Positions 18,950 to 26,832 of a DNA stretch of 64,000 nt are shown here, one piece after another. The DNA is from an uncultured delta proteobacterium (lineage in GTDB: Bacteria > Desulfobacterota > Binatia > Binatales > Binataceae): positions 1,344,001 to 1,408,000 of the forward strand of contig CAVRVY010000004.1 in assembly GCA_963724765.1 (NCBI GenBank), given 5' to 3'. The notes under the pieces are model-generated. The model was given only the letters and a program-made list of their open reading frames with translations, was not told where the DNA came from and searched no databases. The position numbers were made by a program, and so were the translations under genes. Position 1 is the stretch's first letter; each line of letters starts with the position of its first letter.

Positions 18950-19753
18950 TCAGGCGCGGGCGTTGCGTAACGGGCGCAGGACGCGCAATTCGGGCGCGCG
19001 GCGCAGGTTTACCGGCGGTACTTCGATTTCCTCGTCGCGCGCCCAGCGGAAGAAGATGAGCGTGGTGATGAGCATCAGATAGAAGCTGTCAGCGACCCAC
19101 ATCAGGATTCCGCCGATGACCTGATCCTGCCGCGGCGAGAGGCCGAACGGATGCGGCGCGACCGCATACCAAGGGTAGGTGACCGATTCGGCCAGCGTGA
19201 TTGGCGCCGCCACCGCGGTCATCGGCACCATCAGCAGGAACAGGTAGAGAATCTGCGCCGGGTAGCTAAGCCGCGGAAACTCCGCCATCGGGCTCAATAG
19301 CGGCCAGAACAGGATGGTGCCGCCGACCATGAAGGCGATGTGCACCGCGATATGAACGGCCGCGCTGGTCATCATCAGGTTGAAGACCGGCGGATCGTGG
19401 GCGAAGACGTAGATGGTGGTGAAGGTCACGAAGGCGACCACCGGGTTGGTGAAAAACCGCGCGAGCGGCCGGATCGGCCTACTCATCAGGACCGGCCGGA
19501 ACATCCAGTCCGGCACCGAGAGCAGTAACAGCGGCGGGATGATCCAGCTCTGAAACGAGTGCTCGAGCATGTGCGCCCAGAACGAGCGCTCGTCCGCCAG
19601 TTCGTCGAGCGGGCCGAAAGTGATGAGCATCGCCAGGATGAGCAGGCAGAAAAAGAATACCTGGCGCTGGGTGGGCCGGCGCTTGAGCTGCCGCGCCGCG
19701 AGCGTGTAGATGACCGCCAGCAGAACGATACCAATGGCTGCGGATGGGTCCAT
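18950..19753 (-). CDS. ctaG: Cytochrome c oxidase caa3 assembly factor (CtaG type)
   Basis: PLDELADERSFWAHMLEH, PPLLLL, DQVIGGILMW; follows the cox genes. Confidence 0.85.
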   Translation of the reverse strand: MDPSAAIGIVLLAVIYTLAARQLKRRPTQRQVFFFCLLILAMLITFGPLDELADERSFWAHMLEHSFQSWIIPPLLLLSVPDWMFRPVLMSRPIRPLARFFTNPVVAFVTFTTIYVFAHDPPVFNLMMTSAAVHIAVHIAFMVGGTILFWPLLSPMAEFPRLSYPAQILYLFLLMVPMTAVAAPITLAESVTYPWYAVAPHPFGLSPRQDQVIGGILMWVADSFYLMLITTLIFFRWARDEEIEVPPVNLRRAPELRVLRPLRNARA

Positions 19754-19805
19754 TTTTAAAATCTACGTTGAGCCGGCTTACGTTCCAAGCCTGGCCCGGA
19801 TTGAT

Positions 19806-20153
19806 TCAAAGAGCCAGACGACCCTCGAGCGCTGAGAAGATCATCAACAGGGCGGCGCCGATGAAACATGCAAGGATCAGCGGGAAAACGAAAAAGATGG
19901 TGAAGATTTTTTGGTCGTAATAGAGATGCATGTAGAATCCGCCGACCAGAAGGAACTTGGCGATCGCCAGCAGGATCAGAATCGGCACTAGCAACGGCTG
20001 CAGGAAGCTGACGTAATATACCGCCAATTCCATCAGGGTCAGGATCACCAGCGCGACCGCGATGATCGCGTAGAGTGCAGGCCCCGGATGCCCGGATACG
20101 TGCTCGCCCGGCACAAACTGCTCGTGTCCAGCCGCCGCTACATTCTCGCTCAT
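19806..20153 (-). CDS. Cytochrome c oxidase subunit IV family protein
   Basis: LTLMEL, LAIAKFLLVGGFYMHL; three TM segments; follows subunit I/III. Confidence 0.85.
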   Translation of the reverse strand: MSENVAAAGHEQFVPGEHVSGHPGPALYAIIAVALVILTLMELAVYYVSFLQPLLVPILILLAIAKFLLVGGFYMHLYYDQKIFTIFFVFPLILACFIGAALLMIFSALEGRLAL

Positions 20154-22645
20154 GCGTTATGCACCGACCTCATCAGGTAGATCAAAGTGAAGATCAAGAT
20201 CCAGACCACGTCAACGAAGTGCCAATAGAGCCCGACGATTTCGACCGAGAGCGCCCTCGATTTACCCGCCCTGCCGGTGGCCGAGGCGACCGCCATCACT
20301 ATCAGCCAGATGACCCCGATCGCGACGTGGGTGCCATGCGTGCCGACCAGCGTATAGAAGGTCTGGCCGAAGATGCTGCCCTGCATCGAGAGATGGTCGT
20401 GCAGGAAGAGGGTCGAAAACTCGTAGTACTGACCGCCCAAGAAGATCAATCCGAAGAAAGCGGTCCCGGACAGCCAGATGGTCGACCACTTTTGATCGCC
20501 GCGCTGCGTGGCGGCCAGCGCCAACACCATCAGAAAGCTCGACATCAGCAGGATGAAGGTGCTGAACGAGGTCAGCGGGATGTTGAGCACTTCAGCGCCG
20601 ATACCTACGTTGCGCGGCTTGTAGACCATGTAGGTCGAGATGAGACAGGCGAAAAATACGCACTCGGAACCGAGGAACGCCCACATCCCGGCCTTGCGAT
20701 GGTCGATGCCGCGATAGGTCGGCGGATCCTCGTGGACGTGCTCCTCGCCATGGTCCGGGTACTCGAACGCCATCCCGATGATCGAGAAGAACAGCAGGAG
20801 AGCGGCGAGCACGTCGATCCTGATCCAGTTCATCATCGCGCCCGCCCCGCCGACCACCAGGCCAAGCGCGAACAACAGCGGGTACAGCGATGGCGCGGGC
20901 ATGTGAGGCGTGCCGTGCCCGGAAGTATCGTGAAGCTCGGCGACGACCGGCGCGCCGGCTCCCGAAGTCTCGCCGTGAGCGGGCATGCTGGCGTGGCCGT
21001 GGCCCTCGACCATCACGCCGTACTTTTCGGCCCACAACGCGTCGCGGCCACGAACCAACGGTACGGTTTCAAAATTATAGGGTGGTGGCGGTGAGGGAGT
21101 CGCCCACTCCAAAGTGCGCGCGTCCCACGGATCGGCCTCGGCCTTCTCGCCGTAAAACAGGCTCGCGATGATGTTGTAGGCGAAAATCACGAAGGTGAGG
21201 AACAGCAGGTAGGCACAGGCCGTCTCGAATCCGTTCCAGAAATCCCATCCCATTCCTGGCGCATAGGTGTAGATGCGCCGCGGCATGCCCCATACGCCGA
21301 GAAAGTGCATCGGAAAAAAAGTGCCGTTGAAGCCGACGATGGTCAGCCAGAACTGCCACTTGCCCATCTTCTCGTTGAGCAGCCGGCCCGTGATCTTGGG
21401 CCACCAGTAATAGAATCCGCCCAGGATCGCGAACATCATCCCGCCGAACAGCACATAGTGGAAATGCGCGACCACGAAGTAGGTGTCGGTCTGCTGGAGG
21501 TCGATCGGCACGCTGGCGTGCATGACTCCGCTCAGTCCGCCCAGCGTAAACTCGAGGACCGCGGCGATGCCGAAGTAGAACGCGACCTTCATCCTCAACG
21601 AGCCGCCCCAAACGGTCGCAACCCAGCTGAAAATCTTGATCCCGGTGGGAATCGCGATCAGCATCGTGGTGATCGCAAACGTCGAGTCCGCCACCGGACC
21701 CATCCCGGTCGCGAACATGTGATGCCCCCACACGCCGTACGACAAAAACCCGATCAGCACCATCGAGTACGCCATCCCGGCATAGCCGAACAGGGGCTTG
21801 CGCGAGAACACCGGCAGAATCTCCGACATCATCCCGAAGGCCGGCAGCGCCATGATGTAGACCTCGGGATGGCCGAACAGCCAGAACAGGTGCTGCCACA
21901 GGATCGGCGTGGCGCCCAACTCCACCACGTAGAAGTGCGTGCCGATGAAGCGGTCGAGGAACAGGAAGAGCAGGCCCACCGTCAGACACGGGAAGGCGAG
22001 CAGGATGAGGATGGTGGTCACCAGCATCGCCCACATGAACATCGGCATCCGCATGAAGGTCATGCCGCGGGCGCGCATATTGACGATGGTGACGAAGAAG
22101 TTGAGGCCGCTCAGCAGGGTCGAGATGCCGAGGATGAGCAGGCCGATATTCCACAAGTCGATGTTTATGCCCGAGGAGTAAGGGCGCTCGGTCAAATTGG
22201 CATAGCCGAACCATCCCGCGTCGGGCAGCGACAGGTTGAGCCATCCGAGATTCATGAACAGCGCGCCGAACAGGAAGACCCAGAAGCTCAGCGCGTTGAG
22301 CCGCGGAAAAGCGACGTCACGGGCGCCAATCTGGAGCGGGATGAGGAAGTTCGCGAAAAACCCCAGCTCCAGCGGCATGACCACCATGAAAATCATGGTC
22401 GTGCCGTGCATCGTGAACATCTGGTTGTACGTGTTGGCTGAGAGGAAGGTGTTGTTCGGCACCGCGAGTTGCGTCCGGATGGCCATCGCTTCGAGGCCGC
22501 CGATGAGCATAAAGGCGAGCGAGGCCACGAGATACAGGATCGCGACGCGCTTATGATCGACAGTGGTCAGCCAACTGTAAATCCCCGACTCGGCCGTCAG
22601 GTAATTGTAATGTTCCAGCGGAAGCTGTTTGGGTTGCGCAGCCAT
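20150..22645 (-). CDS. ctaD: Heme-copper oxidase (type A1) subunit I fused to subunit III
   Basis: DHKR, TMHGT, WLFGHPEVY, VWGHHM, VAHFHYV, GMPRR; C-terminal subunit III motifs FLGSECVFF, GTHGTHV, YWHFVDVVW. Confidence 0.95.
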   Translation of the reverse strand: MAAQPKQLPLEHYNYLTAESGIYSWLTTVDHKRVAILYLVASLAFMLIGGLEAMAIRTQLAVPNNTFLSANTYNQMFTMHGTTMIFMVVMPLELGFFANFLIPLQIGARDVAFPRLNALSFWVFLFGALFMNLGWLNLSLPDAGWFGYANLTERPYSSGINIDLWNIGLLILGISTLLSGLNFFVTIVNMRARGMTFMRMPMFMWAMLVTTILILLAFPCLTVGLLFLFLDRFIGTHFYVVELGATPILWQHLFWLFGHPEVYIMALPAFGMMSEILPVFSRKPLFGYAGMAYSMVLIGFLSYGVWGHHMFATGMGPVADSTFAITTMLIAIPTGIKIFSWVATVWGGSLRMKVAFYFGIAAVLEFTLGGLSGVMHASVPIDLQQTDTYFVVAHFHYVLFGGMMFAILGGFYYWWPKITGRLLNEKMGKWQFWLTIVGFNGTFFPMHFLGVWGMPRRIYTYAPGMGWDFWNGFETACAYLLFLTFVIFAYNIIASLFYGEKAEADPWDARTLEWATPSPPPPYNFETVPLVRGRDALWAEKYGVMVEGHGHASMPAHGETSGAGAPVVAELHDTSGHGTPHMPAPSLYPLLFALGLVVGGAGAMMNWIRIDVLAALLLFFSIIGMAFEYPDHGEEHVHEDPPTYRGIDHRKAGMWAFLGSECVFFACLISTYMVYKPRNVGIGAEVLNIPLTSFSTFILLMSSFLMVLALAATQRGDQKWSTIWLSGTAFFGLIFLGGQYYEFSTLFLHDHLSMQGSIFGQTFYTLVGTHGTHVAIGVIWLIVMAVASATGRAGKSRALSVEIVGLYWHFVDVVWILIFTLIYLMRSVHNA

Positions 22646-22655
22646 TGCCCTATAC

Positions 22656-23699
22656 CTACTTCAGGCTCTCGAGATAAGCGACGAGGTCATTAAGGTCTTT
22701 GCCCTTCAATCCGAGCGTGGGCATGTTGGCCCCGGGTTTAACCTTGTCCGGGTCCTGAATCCACTTGGCCAGGTTCTCCGGCGTGTTTTCCAAGATACTG
22801 CCCGCCAGCGTCGTGCGCGAGCCGAAATGCGTCAAGTCGGGGCCCTTGAAGTTACCGCTATATTGCGAGGAAAAGCCCGAAAGACCTCTGACCGTATGAC
22901 AGATCGCGCAGGGCGCGTTGGCGAAAATCTGCGCGCCAGCCGCGGCCGACCCGCCCGTAGGCGTCACCGGCGGCGATTGCTGTTGCTTGACCCATTTGTC
23001 GAAATCGTCCTTGGTCTGGACGAAGGCGCGCAGACGCATGTTGGCGTGTGAATCACCGCAGAACTCGACGCACTGTCCATAAAACATGCCGAGTTGGTCG
23101 GGCGTGTAGGTTATCGAATTGATCTGACCCGGCACCACGTCGCGCTTGCCGCCCAGGGTCGGAACCCAGAAGCTGTGAATGATGTCCGCCGACTCCATCG
23201 AGAAGTGAACCATGCGTCCGGCTTGAAGATGAACTTCGTCGGCGGTGTCGATATTGTACTGCGGATACTGGAACTCCCACCACCATTGATGCGCGATCAC
23301 CTTGACGGCCAAGGCGTCGGCCGGCCATTGGTCGGGCTGCGTCGCCCAGATGGTGCGGATGGTCGGCACCGTGATGAAAACCAGGATGAGCGCGGGAATC
23401 GCGGTCCACGCGACCTCCAAGCGGATGTCAGACGTCACCGTGGACGGTTCGCCGGGCTCGCCAACGCGGGTCGAGAACCAGAAAATCGCCAGGAACATCA
23501 CCGTGACCACGATCAGCATGATTACGAAGTCGATCCAGTTGACGAAGACGTAGATCGAGTGGATCCGCCGTGCGAAGTCGGACCCGCGGCTGAGCGTGTC
23601 CATCGGGTAACTCGGCGAGCAGCCCATCATACCCGCCGTCAGCGCCACGATGACGCTTACCAGCGAAGCCCTGTTGGTGAACCGAGCCAGAGGCTTCAT
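22656..23699 (-). CDS. ctaC: Cytochrome c oxidase subunit II with C-terminal cytochrome c (caa3 type), lipoprotein
   Basis: Lipobox-like MMGC, LEVAWTAIP, HQWWWEF, DIIHSFW, CuA motif CVEFCGDSHANM, heme motif CAICH...MP. Confidence 0.93.
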   Translation of the reverse strand: MKPLARFTNRASLVSVIVALTAGMMGCSPSYPMDTLSRGSDFARRIHSIYVFVNWIDFVIMLIVVTVMFLAIFWFSTRVGEPGEPSTVTSDIRLEVAWTAIPALILVFITVPTIRTIWATQPDQWPADALAVKVIAHQWWWEFQYPQYNIDTADEVHLQAGRMVHFSMESADIIHSFWVPTLGGKRDVVPGQINSITYTPDQLGMFYGQCVEFCGDSHANMRLRAFVQTKDDFDKWVKQQQSPPVTPTGGSAAAGAQIFANAPCAICHTVRGLSGFSSQYSGNFKGPDLTHFGSRTTLAGSILENTPENLAKWIQDPDKVKPGANMPTLGLKGKDLNDLVAYLESLK

Positions 23700-24910
23700 C
23701 AGTGCGATTCTCCGATCGGCTCCATCGCTGCCGCCGATGCCATTTTCAAGCCGGGATAAGAGCATAGCCAAAAAGCGCCAAGGAATCCGGCCGTGACCAG
23801 GATCTCGATCCATCCGAACGGAACCGTCCGCGGTGAGAGCGAGGGCACGACCAGTACGTAAATCTCAGACCAGATACCGACCATTCCAAGCAACGCCACG
23901 GTGCCCAGAATCGCGGGCGTTTTCTTGGGCCGGATTCCCAGCAAGACGACGAACGGGATGGCCCACACCAGGGTCACCGTCATCCACGACATAAAAGCCC
24001 ACGGCATGTAGTGCACGCGCAAGGCGATGAAGAAGGTCTCCATCGGGATGTCGGCATACCAGATTACAATATACTGGGCGAACAGCGTGTAAACCCAGAA
24101 GACCGAAAACGCAAATACCATCAGCCCCAGGTCGCGCATGATGCGGCCTTCGGTGAAGATGTTACCCTTGCCCAGCGCGCGCCGCAGGCAGACCGCCGTG
24201 AACGCCATCGTGACGATCCCGCTCCAGAACGTGCCGGCGAAAAACCACCAGCCAAACAGCGTCGAATGCCACAGCGGCGACAGCGACATCACCAAGTCGA
24301 AGGAGAGCAACGAATAAACCACCGCGAAGCAGATGCACACCGCGGGCGCCAGCCGGCGTATCTTCGGCGGCGGCATCAGGATATCGGCCGAACTCTCCGC
24401 CCACTTGCGGGCCTCCGGGCCGCGCGAGACCGATAGGAACGACAGGCTCAAAAGCGTCATCACGGCGAGCGCGATACCGTCGCGGGCGAACAGGAACGGC
24501 ACGTTGAGCCACGCCGACTTGGACGGGATCGGATGCTGAATCCAGGGGAAGATCGATTCACGGCCCAGGAACAGAAACCAGAACAGGATGAATCCCGGGA
24601 TAAGAAAGCCGCTGAAGGCCTCGGCCAGGCGATAATGCGCGCGGCCGGCCCAACGTCCCTGGGTTAGGTAAAAGGCGGCGGAAACAACCACGCCACCCTG
24701 CGCGACCCCCAGCCAGAACAGCAGGTTGACCAGGAATACCTCCCACGCGCGCTGGGCGAGGCCGTGCGTGGCGGCGATGGCGAAGGCGATCAGCCCCAGC
24801 ACGATCAGCACATAGGCGATCGTGGTCAGCGGCTGCGCCGGCAGGTTGGCCGCAGGAGGCGTTCCCGAAGCGCCGGAGCGATGCGAAGCGGTCTCAGAGT
24901 TGGGGCTCAT
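23699..24910 (-). CDS. actF: Alternative Complex III subunit ActF (NrfD-like membrane protein)
   Basis: FPW, WLNVPFLFAR, DLVMSLSPLWHSTLFG, FAQYIVIWYADIP; position in the act operon. Confidence 0.85.
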   Translation of the reverse strand: MSPNSETASHRSGASGTPPAANLPAQPLTTIAYVLIVLGLIAFAIAATHGLAQRAWEVFLVNLLFWLGVAQGGVVVSAAFYLTQGRWAGRAHYRLAEAFSGFLIPGFILFWFLFLGRESIFPWIQHPIPSKSAWLNVPFLFARDGIALAVMTLLSLSFLSVSRGPEARKWAESSADILMPPPKIRRLAPAVCICFAVVYSLLSFDLVMSLSPLWHSTLFGWWFFAGTFWSGIVTMAFTAVCLRRALGKGNIFTEGRIMRDLGLMVFAFSVFWVYTLFAQYIVIWYADIPMETFFIALRVHYMPWAFMSWMTVTLVWAIPFVVLLGIRPKKTPAILGTVALLGMVGIWSEIYVLVVPSLSPRTVPFGWIEILVTAGFLGAFWLCSYPGLKMASAAAMEPIGESH

Positions 24911-24964
24911 TCGTTATTCCAGGGCTCGTGATTCCAAGGCTCGTTGTAATGCGGACAGCATGCG

Positions 24965-25474
24965 CTAGGCCGCCTCACGCGTGATCTCCTGAGCGCCGGC
25001 CTCGCGCAACATCGACTCGAAGCGCGGCGCGTCATCTTCGGCGCAGCGCACCACCAGGCCAAACTCGTCGCTCGAAAAACGTGAGCGATAGCCGCTCAGC
25101 GGCTCGAAGCTCGGCAGGTTGGCGAGCAGGATCCAGCTGGTCAGGGCCGAAATGCCGCCGAACAGCACCATCAGTTCGAAGGCGATGATGATGTATGGGG
25201 GCAGCGAAGCGATCGGTTTGCCGCCGGTGACCAGGTTCCACTCCAGTGAGGTGCCGATGGTCAGCGTAAAGGCCGTGACAATGCCACTGATTCCTCCCAG
25301 CAGCACGAACCAGCGCACGAAACTCGACCGCTTGTAGATGGCCTTGTTGATGTGCTCGCTCGGGATCGGCGAGAAGACGCGAAATTGCGTCTGGGCCGCC
25401 TGGAGCTGTCCGATGCAGTGGACCAGCCGCTCCTCCTCGGTAAATGCGCCTACCAGTTCGACTTCTGCACTCAT
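24965..25474 (-). CDS. actD: Alternative Complex III subunit ActD (DUF3341)
   Basis: FSPIP, GGKPIASLPPYIIIAFELMVLFG, RFSSDEFG; ATGA overlap with actC. Confidence 0.88.
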   Translation of the reverse strand: MSAEVELVGAFTEEERLVHCIGQLQAAQTQFRVFSPIPSEHINKAIYKRSSFVRWFVLLGGISGIVTAFTLTIGTSLEWNLVTGGKPIASLPPYIIIAFELMVLFGGISALTSWILLANLPSFEPLSGYRSRFSSDEFGLVVRCAEDDAPRFESMLREAGAQEITREAA

Positions 25475-26832
25475 GCTGCTTTGGCATATCCCTGGCGCAG
25501 CGCCTGCTTGAGCCAGGTAATGCCCTCCTTCAACTCGGTCATGGAAATGATCGGCATGAATCGGGCGAACAGTGAGAACAGCATCACGAACCAGGCGAAG
25601 GAGCCCACGGTGATTCCCATTTCGGTGATCGACGGATGCCAGAAACGCCACTGCGAGGGCTCGAAATTGGTCGCCAGCGAGCCGGCGATGATCACGAAGC
25701 GCTCGAACCACATCCCGATGTTGACGAAAATCGTGATGATGAAAAGCGGGACGGTGCTGGTGCGGATGCGCGGTGAGAACAAGCTGAGCGGGATTACGCA
25801 GTTGCACGCGACCATCACCCAGAACATCCAGCCCCACGGCCCGAAATAGCGCATATGAAAGGTCATCAGCTCGATCGGGTCCTGGCTGTACCAGGCCATG
25901 AACGACTCGACCACGTATGAATAGCTGACGACGAGCGAGGTCAGCAGAACCACCTTGGCCAGGTTGTCCAGGTGCCAGGGCGTGATCAAATCCTCGAGAC
26001 CCATGATCCAGCGCATCGGTATAAGCAGCGTGATGACCAGCGCTACGCCCGAGAAGATCGCGCCGGCCACGAAGTACGGGGCGAAGATCGTGCTATGCCA
26101 GCCCGGCAACTGCGCCATCGCGAAATCCCAGCTCACCACGCTGTGCACCGAGAGCACCAGCGGCGTCGCCAGCCCCGCCATCAGCAGATAGGCCATCGAG
26201 AAGTGGCGCCACTGGCGGTCGCTGCCCTGCCATCCCAGTGCGGCGATGGTATAGAGCTTCTTGCGCCAGCCGGTTGCCACCTCGCGCACGTTAGCCACGT
26301 CCGGAATCAGGCCGGTGAACCAGAACAGAGCGCTAATCGTGAGATAGGTGCTGATGGCGAAAAAGTCCCAGGTCAGCGGCGAGCGGAAGTCAGGTTGCAG
26401 GAAGCGCTCGTTGGGATACGGCGCGAGCCAATAGAAGAACCACGGGCGGCCGAGATGGATGACCGGGAACAGACCGGCGGTGGCGACCGCGAAGATGGTC
26501 ATGGTTTCGGCGGCGCGATAGACGGCGGTGCGCCAGCGCGTGCGGAACAGGTAAAGAATTGCCGAGATCAGGGTGCCCGAGTGCGCGATACCGACCCAGA
26601 AGACGAAGTTGGTGATATACACCGCCCACATCACAGGGTCGCCCAGGCCAGTCACCTGCAGGCCATTGTAGATCTGATTGGTCCACAACCCCCCGGCCGT
26701 GAGGGTCAGCACCAGCAGAAACGCGATCCATAGCCAGAACTTCCAGCCGGGCGGCTGCAGGATCGCACGGACGCTGCGGTCGATATCCGCAAACGTCGGA
26801 TCCAAATTGATATCCTTTACCGCGGCAGCCAC
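25471..26832 (-). CDS. actC: Alternative Complex III subunit ActC (NrfD/PsrC quinol-binding subunit)
   Basis: YITNFVFWVGIAHSGTLISAIL, RAAETMT, HLGRPW, SPLTWD, LSVHSVVSWDFA, GMWFERF. Confidence 0.93.
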   Translation of the reverse strand: MAAAVKDINLDPTFADIDRSVRAILQPPGWKFWLWIAFLLVLTLTAGGLWTNQIYNGLQVTGLGDPVMWAVYITNFVFWVGIAHSGTLISAILYLFRTRWRTAVYRAAETMTIFAVATAGLFPVIHLGRPWFFYWLAPYPNERFLQPDFRSPLTWDFFAISTYLTISALFWFTGLIPDVANVREVATGWRKKLYTIAALGWQGSDRQWRHFSMAYLLMAGLATPLVLSVHSVVSWDFAMAQLPGWHSTIFAPYFVAGAIFSGVALVITLLIPMRWIMGLEDLITPWHLDNLAKVVLLTSLVVSYSYVVESFMAWYSQDPIELMTFHMRYFGPWGWMFWVMVACNCVIPLSLFSPRIRTSTVPLFIITIFVNIGMWFERFVIIAGSLATNFEPSQWRFWHPSITEMGITVGSFAWFVMLFSLFARFMPIISMTELKEGITWLKQALRQGYAKAA

